Shown here one piece after another: positions 1-8,420 of a stretch of DNA of 29,349 nt; the first letter of the stretch is position 1, and every line of letters begins with the position of its first letter. The stretch spans positions 1-29,349 of the IMG/VR virus record IMGVR_UViG_3300010052_000182, one strand, 5' to 3'. This DNA is from a virus. Lineage: Duplodnaviria; Caudoviricetes. A program made the translations under genes and the position numbers. The notes under the pieces are model-generated. The model worked only from the letters and a program-made list of their open reading frames with translations. It made no database searches and had not been told where the DNA came from.

Positions 1-1536
1 ATGCCGAAGGGAGCAGCGACTAGCCAGAAGCGCCCCGACGCTTTGCGCATTGCGCTCCACCCCAAGCAGTGGGTGGCGTTCGGGTCGGCGGCGACCGAGG
101 TGCTTTATGGCGGGGCGGCGGGTGGCGGCAAATCGCATCTGATGCGGCAGGCGGCGATCAGCTGGTGCGCCGAGATCGCCGGCCTGCAGGTCTATCTGTT
201 TCGCCGTATCCGCGAGGATCTGAGCAAGAACCATATGGAAGGCCCGTCGGGCTTTCGCGCGCTGCTCGCCGGCTGGGTGGAATGCGGGTTCGTGGTGATC
301 GTCGAGGACGAGATCCGTTTCTGGAACGGCAGCAAAATCTATCTCTGCCACTGCAAGGACGAGAAGGACCGTTTCAAGTACCAGGGCGCCGAGATCCACG
401 TGCTGCTGATCGACGAGCTGACCCATTTCACCGAGGTGATCTATCGCTTCCTGCGCAACCGCGTGCGGATGACCGGCATTGCGGTGCCGGAAAAATACCG
501 CGGGCGGTTCCCGCGCATTCTCTGCGGCGCCAACCCCGGCGGGGTCGGGCACCAGTTCGTCAAAGTGACCTTTATCGATGCCGCGGCGCCGCTCGCAATC
601 CATCGCACCGAGGCGGCGGAGGGCGGCATGTTGCGCCAGTTCATCCCGGCACGGCTCGAGGACAACCCGACGCTCACCACCGAGGACCCGGCCTATGAGG
701 CGCGGCTCGAGGGGCTGGGCAGCGCCGCCTTGATCCGCGCCATGCGGCATGGCGACTGGGACATTGTCGATGGCGCCTTCTTCGATTGCTGGCAGACGCG
801 GCTGCATGTCATCGATCCCTTCGCCATCCCCGAGGACTGGGCGAAGTTCCGCTCCGGCGACTGGGGCAGCGCCCGGCCATTCTCGTTCGGCTGGTGGGCC
901 ATCGTCGGCGACGACACCCGGCACCCGGTGAGCGGCGTGCTGCTGCCGCGCGGCGCCATCATCCGCTATCGCGAATGGTATGGGTGCGAGCCGGGAAAAC
1001 CCAACAAGGGGCTGAAGCTCACCGCCGAGCAGGTCGGCAAGGGGCTGGCGCAGCGCGAGACCGAAACGGTGGGGCTCGGCGTGCTCGACCCGGCGGCCTT
1101 TGCCGAGGATGGCGGGCCCTCGATTGCGAGCCGTATTACGCTGGGCTCGGGCGACAAGCGGATCTTCTTTCGCGGCGCCGACAACAAGCGGGTGTCGCAG
1201 CGCGGCGCCATGGGCGGCTGGGACATGCTGCGCCAGCGTTTCGTCGGCACAACGCTCGATGAAGACGGTAAGCCCGACCCCGCGGGGCGGCCGATGATCT
1301 ACTGTTTTTCCACCTGCCGCGACTCGATCCGCACCATCCCGATGCTGCAGCACGACCAGGCGCGGCCCGAAGATCTCGACACCGACACCGAAGACCATGC
1401 CGCCGACGACTGGCGCTATGCCGCGATGTCGCGGCCGTGGGTGAGGGCGCGGCCGGTGGCGGAGCCGCACCGGCAGAGGTCGGGTTACGCGGCAGTGAGT
1501 GGAAGCGCCATGCCGGGTGATTGGCAGAGCTATTGA
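1..1536 (+). CDS. terL: Phage terminase large subunit
   Basis: LHPKQ adenine-binding motif, Walker A YGGAAGGGKS, Walker B LLIDELTHF, ANPGG motif, nuclease motifs GDWGSARP and EDHAADDWRY. Confidence 0.95.
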   Translation: MPKGAATSQKRPDALRIALHPKQWVAFGSAATEVLYGGAAGGGKSHLMRQAAISWCAEIAGLQVYLFRRIREDLSKNHMEGPSGFRALLAGWVECGFVVIVEDEIRFWNGSKIYLCHCKDEKDRFKYQGAEIHVLLIDELTHFTEVIYRFLRNRVRMTGIAVPEKYRGRFPRILCGANPGGVGHQFVKVTFIDAAAPLAIHRTEAAEGGMLRQFIPARLEDNPTLTTEDPAYEARLEGLGSAALIRAMRHGDWDIVDGAFFDCWQTRLHVIDPFAIPEDWAKFRSGDWGSARPFSFGWWAIVGDDTRHPVSGVLLPRGAIIRYREWYGCEPGKPNKGLKLTAEQVGKGLAQRETETVGLGVLDPAAFAEDGGPSIASRITLGSGDKRIFFRGADNKRVSQRGAMGGWDMLRQRFVGTTLDEDGKPDPAGRPMIYCFSTCRDSIRTIPMLQHDQARPEDLDTDTEDHAADDWRYAAMSRPWVRARPVAEPHRQRSGYAAVSGSAMPGDWQSY

Positions 1537-1570
1537 GCGGTCCGAGCACGCTGAACGTGCAGTCGGCGCA

Positions 1571-1781
1571 CCCTCTCCCACTTGCGGGGGAGGGTGGACC
1601 AGCCGACAGGCTGGTGGGAGGGGGGTGCCGCACGCATCGGCTTTGCCCCAGCCGCGCACCGTCCCGGCGTGGAGCATTGCCGACTGCGACGGCGGGGGCG
1701 TCAGCCCACCGTTTGAGCGTGGGGCACCCCCCTCCCACCACGCTTTCGCGTGGTCCCCCCTCCCCCGCAGGCGGGAGAGGG
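1571..1781. repeat. RIME-like intergenic element: ~59 bp inverted arms (1571-1629 and 1723-1781), each with internal hairpins
   Basis: ccctctccc-acttgc-gggggagggtggacc...ggtgggagggggg-tgcc is the near reverse complement of ggca-ccccctcccacc...ggtcccccctccccc-gcaggc-gggagaggg. Confidence 0.8.
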
Positions 1782-1836
1782 AGTCCTGACTGCGCCATCG
1801 GCGTCGTTTGACCCGTGCAGTGATTTAGGAGTTCCG

Positions 1837-3798
1837 ATGAGCGATTTCGCCAACACCACGGCTGCGCCAGTTGCGCCCCCTGCCCCGGCCGCTGTGCCGG
1901 GTAGATCCCTGGCGCGGCTGAAGCAGGATTACCTGAGCTATCTCGATGGCAAGCGCGCCGAGATCGATGAGCAGCAGGAGGCGCGGCGCTATTACCATGG
2001 CGCGCACTGGACGGCGAAGCAGATCAAGACGCTGAATCAGCGGAAGCAACCGGTGGTCACCTACAACCGCATGGCGCGGAAGATCAACGCCGTGGTCGGC
2101 TTGCTGGAGCGGCAGCGCCAGGACCCCAAGGGCTATGCCCGCACGCCCAAACATGAGGACGGCGCGGAGGTCGCGACCGCGGTGCTGCGCTATGTGCTCG
2201 ATGAGCAGCGCTGGCAGGAAAAGTCGCCGATCGCCGGGCTCAACGGCGCGGTCGACGGCATCGGCGGGCTCGAGCTGACGCTGGAAGCCGGCGACAAGGG
2301 CGACACCGAAATCGGCTTCGAAGTGGTCGACCCCGCGGGGTTCTTTTACGACCCGACCTCGACCCGCGCCGATTTCTCCGACGCGGGCTATATGGGAATC
2401 GGCAAATGGGCCGATGCAAGCGAGCTTCTCGCTGCCTTCCCCGACAAAGAGCGCGAGATCGAGGCGTCGGTGGACGTGGGCTCCGAGCTCACCAGCAACC
2501 CCGACAGCGACGATAACTGGGTGATGGGCGACGAGCACCACCGCCGGGTGCGGGTGATCGACCACTGGTACAAGCGCGGCAACCAGTGGTGCTTTGCCAT
2601 CTATACCGGCGCCGCCATTCTCGCCGAGGGCGAGAGTTATCTGCGCGACGAGAAGCGCCGGACGCTCTGCAAATACGTGATGTTCTCGGCCAATGTCGAC
2701 CATGACGGCGACCGTTACGGCTTCTTCCGCAACATGAAATCGGCCCAGGACGAGATCAACCAGCGCCGCTCGAAAGGGCTGCACACCAGCCAGTCGCGTC
2801 GCATCGTCATCCGTGATGGCCAGGGGCTGGAGCCGGAAAAGATCCGCGCCGAGCTTGCCCGCCCCGATGGCGTGGTGGTGGTGCCGGTGGGCGCCGAGCT
2901 GCCGCAATTCGACGATGCAGCGCGTGGCGCCGAGCTCAACGCCAATCTCGGTTTCCTCGAGGAGGCCAAGCAGGAGATCGAGAATTACGGCTTCAACCCG
3001 GCGCTGATGGGCTCGGGCGTGCAGGATATGAGCGGCCGCGCCATCGCGCTGCAGCAGCAGGCGGGGATTGCCGAACTCGGCCCGTATTTGCTCGGTTATC
3101 GCGGCTGGAAGCAGCGGGTGTATCGCGCCATTTGGAACGCGGTGCAGAGCCTCTGGACCGCCGAGCGCTGGATCCGTGTCACCGATGACGAGGGCCTGGG
3201 CAACTGGCTCTCGGTCAACCGGCTGGCGATCGACCCCATAACCGGCATCCCCACCATCACCAATGCGCTCGGCTCGCTCGATGTCGATGTCATCCTCGAT
3301 GAGGGGCCGGACACCGTGACCATGCAGGCCGACACCAACGAGTCGGTGCGCCAGGCGCTGCAGGCCGTCGGCCCGCTGCTGCAACCGGCAGTGGCCGCGG
3401 CGGCGCTGGAAGTGTTGATCGAAACCTCCTCGATGCCGGCTTCCGCCAAGAAGAAATTCCGCGATGCGACGCGGCAAAAGCCGCAACAGCCCGACCCCAG
3501 GGAACAGCAGGCCGCCATGCTGCAGCAGCAGGCGGCGATGCTGGAGCTGCAGGGCAAGGCGCTCGATAACCGCAAGACCGAGGCCGAGACGATGAAGCTG
3601 ATGGCGGAGGCCGAGGATATCGGCGCCGAACGCGAGGCCGAAGGGCTGGAACAGCGCATCGACGCGGTAGAACGCCAGGACGAGCTGATGTTCCGGCGCG
3701 AGGAACAGGAGGCACGGCGGGCTAACCGGCAGCTGGAGCTGGCGGGGCGGGCGTTGCAGGTGCAGGCGGCTGAGGTGCGGGCTCGGCCGGGTGGGTAG
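1837..3798 (+). CDS. Portal protein (P22-like)
   Basis: Follows terL. AGGAG RBS at 1827-1831 before ATG 1837, so start moved from 1750. Motifs YYHGAHWT, PVVTYNRM..KIN, QDEINQRRSK, SGRAI..QQQAG and a Q/E-rich coiled C-terminal tail. Confidence 0.9.
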   Translation: MSDFANTTAAPVAPPAPAAVPGRSLARLKQDYLSYLDGKRAEIDEQQEARRYYHGAHWTAKQIKTLNQRKQPVVTYNRMARKINAVVGLLERQRQDPKGYARTPKHEDGAEVATAVLRYVLDEQRWQEKSPIAGLNGAVDGIGGLELTLEAGDKGDTEIGFEVVDPAGFFYDPTSTRADFSDAGYMGIGKWADASELLAAFPDKEREIEASVDVGSELTSNPDSDDNWVMGDEHHRRVRVIDHWYKRGNQWCFAIYTGAAILAEGESYLRDEKRRTLCKYVMFSANVDHDGDRYGFFRNMKSAQDEINQRRSKGLHTSQSRRIVIRDGQGLEPEKIRAELARPDGVVVVPVGAELPQFDDAARGAELNANLGFLEEAKQEIENYGFNPALMGSGVQDMSGRAIALQQQAGIAELGPYLLGYRGWKQRVYRAIWNAVQSLWTAERWIRVTDDEGLGNWLSVNRLAIDPITGIPTITNALGSLDVDVILDEGPDTVTMQADTNESVRQALQAVGPLLQPAVAAAALEVLIETSSMPASAKKKFRDATRQKPQQPDPREQQAAMLQQQAAMLELQGKALDNRKTEAETMKLMAEAEDIGAEREAEGLEQRIDAVERQDELMFRREEQEARRANRQLELAGRALQVQAAEVRARPGG

Positions 3799-3823
3799 GG
3801 TTGAGCCACGGGAAATCACCCCA

Positions 3824-3923
3824 AACTCGGTGTCATCCCAGCGAAAGCTGGGACCCATTTATCCACTGGCACGTGCTGCGAGTTGGGTCCCAGCTTTCGC
3901 TGGGATGACAGCCGGTGGGTGGG
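3824..3923. repeat. REP-like doublet, unit 1 (two inverted GTCATCCCAGCGAAAGCTGGGACCCA arms)
   Basis: Arms at 3832-3857 and 3884-3909; conserved flanks aactcggt and agccggtgggtggg. Confidence 0.9.
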
Positions 3924-3935
3924 TTGGCTTGGTGC

Positions 3936-4238
3936 CTACCAGATGCCTTTGCCCAATGCCGGAAACAGATCATCCCAATTCGGGTTCAGGTCCCGGAACA
4001 GCTCAATCTTCCATGCGCGCTGCCACGTCTTGATCTGTTTTTCTCGCGTGATCGCCGCCTCGACCGAGTCGTGCGGCTCGAACCACACGAGCCGGGTGAC
4101 ATCGTACTTGCTGGTGAACCCAGACACGACATGTTCGCGATGTTGCGCAACACGGCCCATCAGGTCGCTGGTCACGCCGGTGTAGAGCGTCCCGTTGCGC
4201 CGCGAGGCAAGCAGATACACGAAGTACGTTTTGTGCAC
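3936..4238 (-). CDS. Small GIY-YIG nuclease family protein, REP-flanked
   Basis: YFVYLLASRRNGTLYTGVT..L..RV.QH, FTSKYDV..LVWFE, AITREKQIK.W.RAWKI.L....NP.W.DL. GTG at 4238 with GGAGG upstream. The longer ORF start (4406) runs through the repeat. Confidence 0.9.
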   Translation of the reverse strand: MHKTYFVYLLASRRNGTLYTGVTSDLMGRVAQHREHVVSGFTSKYDVTRLVWFEPHDSVEAAITREKQIKTWQRAWKIELFRDLNPNWDDLFPALGKGIW

Positions 4239-4251
4239 CTGCAGCCCCTCC

Positions 4252-4350
4252 AACTCGGTGTCATCCCAGCGAAAGCTGGGACCCAACTCGCCGCAGCGCA
4301 AGTGGGTAGATGGGTCCCAGCTTTCGCTGGGATGACAGCCGGTGGGTGGG
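4252..4350. repeat. REP-like doublet, unit 2
   Basis: Same arms (4260-4285, 4311-4336) and same flanks as unit 1, in direct orientation. Confidence 0.9.
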
Positions 4351-4421
4351 AACAATTGTGCCACTTCCCAAGATCTGCGGCCCCACGAACCGGCCCACCG
4401 CCCCACACAAAAATTCCGTCC

Positions 4422-4524
4422 GCGCCACGATACGGCGCAACGGGCTGCCGGCGCCCTCTGGCCGGTTTCGCTGCACTCTCCGCGACAGTGAGGGTCACGC
4501 CAATCGGACGCGATAGTCCGGGAG
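4422..4524 (+). promoter_or_regulatory. Tandem stem-loops with CGAYA loops in the scaffold 5' leader, ending at the GGAG RBS
   Basis: gcgcc-acgatac-ggcgc (4422-4438), actctc-cgcgacagt-gagggt (4475-4495), cggac-gcgata-gtccg (4505-4520); GGAG 4521-4524. Confidence 0.45.
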
Positions 4525-4531
4525 ACACGAG

Positions 4532-5299
4532 ATGAACGACACTGAAACGGTCGACGATACCGCCTTGTTCAACGCTACCGTCACGGGTGAAGCGCCTGTG
4601 GCCGAAGCGGAGCCGGTGACCGAGCCGGTCGCTGAACCGCGGCCCGAGCCTGCTATTCCCCCTGCCCGGCTGCGTGAAGAAGCCGATGCAAGGCGGGCGG
4701 CGGAGCGGGATCGGGATGAGCTGAAGCATCGGCTCACCCGGCTCGAGGCGCAGCTGCAGCCGCAGCAACAGGCGGCACGGCCTCCCGAATTCTGGGACAA
4801 CCCGGATGAATGGGGCCGTTCGCTGGTCACCCCGATCCACGAGCAGCTGTTCCAGCAGCGGCAGGGCGTCTCTCGCCTCCTGGCGGAAGAAAAGCATGGG
4901 TCGGACAATGTCAGGGCGGCCTACAACGCGCTCGGGCAGGCCATGCAGACCGACCCGGCGGTGCAGACCGATTACCTCAGGATCATGCGGTCGAACCACC
5001 CCTATGGCGAGCTCGTCGCCTGGCACAAGAAGCGTCAGGCGTTCGATGAGATCGGCGGCGACCCCGCTGCCTATCGCAACCGCGTGCTCGACGAGGCGAT
5101 GCGGGACCCCGAAGTCCAGCAGCGTTTCCTCGCCCAGCTGCGCGGCGCTGCCCAGCCCAATATCGAAGCCCCCCGTCGTTCAACCGTGCCGCACATCCCC
5201 TCGCTGCAAGGCATCGGCACCGCCGCCGGCCCCGCATCCGCGGCCGGCGACCCCTCCGATGCCGAGCTGTTCTCGGCAACCACCCGCCGGCGGCGCTGA
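4532..5299 (+). CDS. Putative capsid scaffolding protein
   Basis: Between portal and capsid; acidic/Pro-rich N-terminus, IPPARLREE plus coiled coil, short C-terminal DAELF tail; GGAG RBS. Confidence 0.75.
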   Translation: MNDTETVDDTALFNATVTGEAPVAEAEPVTEPVAEPRPEPAIPPARLREEADARRAAERDRDELKHRLTRLEAQLQPQQQAARPPEFWDNPDEWGRSLVTPIHEQLFQQRQGVSRLLAEEKHGSDNVRAAYNALGQAMQTDPAVQTDYLRIMRSNHPYGELVAWHKKRQAFDEIGGDPAAYRNRVLDEAMRDPEVQQRFLAQLRGAAQPNIEAPRRSTVPHIPSLQGIGTAAGPASAAGDPSDAELFSATTRRRR

Positions 5300-5333
5300 A
5301 GGCGCGCCCGGCTGAAATCAGGACCATCAGACA

Positions 5334-6536
5334 ATGGCTCTTTCTCCCAACCACCCCAATAATGAAGTGATCAAGTTCCGCCAGGATGTCGCCTATGACT
5401 TCCTGCGCTCGTCGCGCTTCGATGCCTATATGGGCGACGATTCCACCTCGGTGATCGTGCGCATGTCGGATCTCGAAGCCGACGGCAAGGAGATCCGCGT
5501 GCCGCTCGTCACCCAGCTTTCGGGCGATGGCGTCGGCGCGGGGACGCTGCGCGGCAACGAAGAGCAGATCGACAGCTACGGCATGCCGCTCTGGGCCGAC
5601 TGGGCCAGAAACGCCGTGGCCAACAACCGGGCGCAGAACAAGGAGAGCTCGTTCTCGGTGCGCTCGACGGCCCGGAGCCTCCTGCGCGGCTGGTCGAAGC
5701 GGATCGTCCGCGACGACCTGGTCGATGCGCTGCTGTCGATCCCCACTTCGGCGATGCAGGCCGGCCGCTTCGGCAACCCCGGCAACCGGGTCAACGGCAT
5801 CAAGTGGTCGGCGGCCACCGCCGGCAACAAGAACGCCTGGGTCACTGCCAACCCCGACCGCGTGGTGTTCGGCTCGGCGCTCTCCAACTACTCGACCACC
5901 TTCGCCACCGCTGTGGGCAATGTCGATGCGGCCGCCGACAAGATGTCGGCGGCGGTTGGGAGCCTGTTAAAGGACCAGGCCAAGCAGACGGGCGTCGACC
6001 CCAACAACCCCGGTGTCTATAACGGCCGGCCCAGGATCAGCCCCTATATGGAAGCCGAAGGCGACCAGGAATGGTTCGTCTGCTTCGTCGGCGCCCGCGG
6101 CTTCCGCGATCTGAAGGCCGACCCGGTGATGACCGCGGCCAACCGCGACGCCCGCAACCGCGAAGGGGGCGACCCGACCAAGACCAACCCGCTCTTTACC
6201 GGCGGCGCGCTGGTCTATGACGGGGTGATCTATGTCGAGATCCCCGAGATCACCCAGCGCCTGCTGCTGAAGGGTGCCGGCGCCGCGGGGATCGATGTCG
6301 AGCCGGTGTTCCTCTGCGGCCAGGGGGCGCTCGCCTATGCTCTCGGCCAGATGCCGCGGCCGACCACGCTCGAGGACGGCGACTACGACTTCGTCACCGG
6401 CATGGGCATCGAAGCCCAGTACGGCGTCGGCAAGATCGCCAAGGCCCCGCTGGCGGCCGGGGCGTCGGCCACCATCGGCTCGCTGGTCGACTGGGGCGTG
6501 GTGACTGGGTTCGTCGCGGGGGTGGGGAATAGCTAG
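5334..6536 (+). CDS. Major capsid protein (DUF4043 / N4-gp56-like)
   Basis: 400 aa after the scaffold; G..IRVPLV.QLSG.GV...TLRGNEE, NPLFTGG..VYDGV, FLCGQGALAYA and DYDF..G.GI motifs. Confidence 0.85.
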   Translation: MALSPNHPNNEVIKFRQDVAYDFLRSSRFDAYMGDDSTSVIVRMSDLEADGKEIRVPLVTQLSGDGVGAGTLRGNEEQIDSYGMPLWADWARNAVANNRAQNKESSFSVRSTARSLLRGWSKRIVRDDLVDALLSIPTSAMQAGRFGNPGNRVNGIKWSAATAGNKNAWVTANPDRVVFGSALSNYSTTFATAVGNVDAAADKMSAAVGSLLKDQAKQTGVDPNNPGVYNGRPRISPYMEAEGDQEWFVCFVGARGFRDLKADPVMTAANRDARNREGGDPTKTNPLFTGGALVYDGVIYVEIPEITQRLLLKGAGAAGIDVEPVFLCGQGALAYALGQMPRPTTLEDGDYDFVTGMGIEAQYGVGKIAKAPLAAGASATIGSLVDWGVVTGFVAGVGNS

Positions 6537-6566
6537 GGCGGGCTCTCCCGCACCGCCCTCTCCGTA

Positions 6567-6804
6567 ATCCTCCCCCGCATGGCGGGGGAGGGGGACCAGC
6601 GAAGCTGGTGGAGGGGGCGGCGAGACGCTCAGTCGCTCGTCGCTTACGCTCCGATCGCACAACCTGCGGTTGCGATACCCCTCATCCGCCCTTCGGGCAC
6701 CTTCTCCCTCAAGGGGAGAAGGTAGGTCGGTGCGCAACTGCAGGCTCTTACTGCCCCCTCCACCGCCTACGGCGGTCCCCCTCCCCCGCCACGCGGGGGA
6801 GGAT
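6567..6804. repeat. RIME-like mosaic element: outer inverted arms (6567-6618, 6753-6804) plus an internal CCCCTCATCCGCCCTTCGGGCACCTTCTCCC..GGGAGAAGG unit (6678-6722)
   Basis: atcctcccccgcatggcgggggagggggacc...ggtggagggggc pairs with gccccctccacc...ggtccccctcccccgccacgcgggggaggat; same style as 1571-1781. Confidence 0.8.
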
Positions 6805-6879
6805 CACTGAGAGGCCGGTGCCCGCGCGCGAAGGCACCCTGCCCACATTCCCATTCCCCCTCACAAAAGGAGATCGGCC

Positions 6880-7302
6880 ATGGCTGATCGTAACGCCTAT
6901 AGCCAGCCGCAGGTTGGCAACCAGGGCTTTGCCCGGACCATGAAGTGCCTTGGCGCCGATGTGGCGCTCGTCGCCGGCGACCTTGCCCTCAACAAGACCG
7001 TCGGCCTGTTCGTGGTGCCGCGCGGCTTCGTGCTCACCGGCATTTCGGTGGTGGTGCCCGACCTCGACAGCAACGGCTCACCGCTCCTCACCTTCGCCAT
7101 TGGCGATGGCGGCGACGATGACCGGTTCATCGCCACCGGCGCCACCACCGGCCAGGCCGGCGGCACCAACACTACGCTGGCGGCGACGGGCCTGAACTAC
7201 GAGTTCACAGCCGATACCGAGATCGTCTGGAAGACCGTCGCCGCGGCGGCCACGGCGGTCGCCGGCACCATCCAGCCGCGCTTTTTCGGCTACATGAAGT
7301 AG
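6880..7302 (+). CDS. Putative capsid decoration / minor virion protein
   Basis: 140 aa, beta-rich, Ala/Gly/Thr-rich; directly after the capsid gene; AAGGAG RBS. Confidence 0.55.
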   Translation: MADRNAYSQPQVGNQGFARTMKCLGADVALVAGDLALNKTVGLFVVPRGFVLTGISVVVPDLDSNGSPLLTFAIGDGGDDDRFIATGATTGQAGGTNTTLAATGLNYEFTADTEIVWKTVAAAATAVAGTIQPRFFGYMK

Positions 7303-7310
7303 GCCCTGAT

Positions 7311-7655
7311 ATGGCGAAGGTCACCTACCACGCGCCCGAGGGCGACAGCGAAGTGGTGAGCCTTGCGGGGCTGCGCTTCTTCGATGGCGAGCCGCGCGAG
7401 CTCGACGATGCCGAGCACGTCGCCCTGCTCGGAAAGCTCATCCACAACCCACATTTCGGGGTCGAGGGCACGCTCACCGTGCTCGACGAAACCGACCCGC
7501 CGGCAATCGGGCTCAGGGCCATCCACAATGGCGGCGGGCGGTTCATCATCGTCCGTGGCGACAAGGACCAGAAGGTCAAGGACGGCCTCAACAAGGCCGA
7601 AGCCCACGCCTTCAACGCGCTGTCGGAGGCCGAGAAGCGGGCGTTTGTGGGTTAG
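7311..7655 (+). CDS. Hypothetical phage protein (head region)
   Basis: 114 aa ORF with phage-like codon usage, 8 nt after the previous stop. Confidence 0.6.
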   Translation: MAKVTYHAPEGDSEVVSLAGLRFFDGEPRELDDAEHVALLGKLIHNPHFGVEGTLTVLDETDPPAIGLRAIHNGGGRFIIVRGDKDQKVKDGLNKAEAHAFNALSEAEKRAFVG

Positions 7656-7695
7656 GGCGCGGCCGGCGGCGAAAACTGGTTGGCCTCGCCCCTGC

Positions 7696-7794
7696 CCCAC
7701 CCACCGGCTGTCATCCCTGCGAAAGCAGGGACCCAACTCGCCGCCCGCGCCAGCTGATGCTTGGGTCCCAGCTTTCGCTGGGATGACACCGAGT
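7696..7794. repeat. REP-like doublet, unit 3 (inverted relative to units 1 and 2)
   Basis: cccacccaccggct-gtcatccctgcgaaagcagggaccca...tgggtcccagctttcgctgggatgac-accgagt. Confidence 0.9.
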
Positions 7795-7886
7795 GTGGGG
7801 TGATTGCAGTGCGTCAGTTCGACTGCAGCGCAATCCCCCATCTCGCCGGCTGACTCGCACTTATCCCCTCCCACCCAGGAGCCCCC

Positions 7887-8225
7887 ATGCCCAAAACCCG
7901 TCACGACCTCGTCAACCGTGCGCTGGCCGAACTCGGCGTCGTCGGCGCCGGACAGACCGCTGCCGCCGAGGATTTCGATGAGATTGACAACGCGGTTGCC
8001 CCTGTCATGAGCGACCTCGCTACCCGGGATATCTGGGTGTGGGGCGACCCCGATGCCTATGACGACGATGCCTTCGACCACCTCGCGGTGCTGCTCGCCA
8101 ATGCCCGGGCCCGCGCCTTCGGCGTGGCGCCCGACGAGCAGAAGCGCTTCCTCGCCGAACAGCGGCTGCGTGGCCTGAAGCCCACGATCCTCTCCGGCCG
8201 CACCCAGGAAATCGAGTATTTCTGA
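7887..8225 (+). CDS. Putative head-tail adaptor (P22 gp4 position)
   Basis: KTR.DLVNRALAELGV..AGQT..AED N-terminus and short ..EYF C-terminus typical of podophage adaptors; AGGAG RBS. Confidence 0.7.
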   Translation: MPKTRHDLVNRALAELGVVGAGQTAAAEDFDEIDNAVAPVMSDLATRDIWVWGDPDAYDDDAFDHLAVLLANARARAFGVAPDEQKRFLAEQRLRGLKPTILSGRTQEIEYF

Positions 8226-8250
8226 TGCCCCGATCCCCTGGCCTGCCGGC
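8210..8250 (+). repeat. Left copy of imperfect direct repeat (adaptor stop / hub start junction)
   Basis: aatcgagtatttctgatgcccc-gatcccctggcctgccggc versus 13330-13371: 36 of 42 aligned positions identical by eye. Confidence 0.8.
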
Positions 8251-8420
8251 CAGGGGCCATGCCCGATGCGCTAGGCGCCTTTGGCGGCGCGCGTCTCCGT
8301 TAGTGAACGCATCCGGCCCGCGGAGTCCCCCTAGCAGCGCCACCACTCCATCGTCGCGTGGGCCAAGGCCGGCGCTACCGCCGGTTTCTCCTCCATAACC
8401 AACAGCTACGAGGTGCAATG

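Noticed and set aside
1750-1836. N-terminal extension of the portal ORF
   Set aside because: It starts inside the palindromic repeat; a good RBS precedes ATG 1837.
1825-3858. 677-aa antisense ORF, and similar long antisense or alternate-frame ORFs (13165-14871, 14364-15851, 19729-20928)
   Set aside because: Shadow ORFs of GC-rich genes, with no recognisable motifs.
3824-4350. CRISPR array interpretation of the repeat-spacer-repeat units
   Set aside because: Arms are inverted pairs rather than tandem direct repeats, spacers are related to each other, and no cas genes are present.
3791-4535. ORFs containing VIPAKAGT, WVPAFAGMT or GPSFRWDD peptides
   Set aside because: These are translations of the REP-like repeat, not a protein family.
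8358-8420. GTG start at 8358 for the ejection-like gene
   Set aside because: RBS position and the match to the 16413 leader favour 8421 (or 8418).
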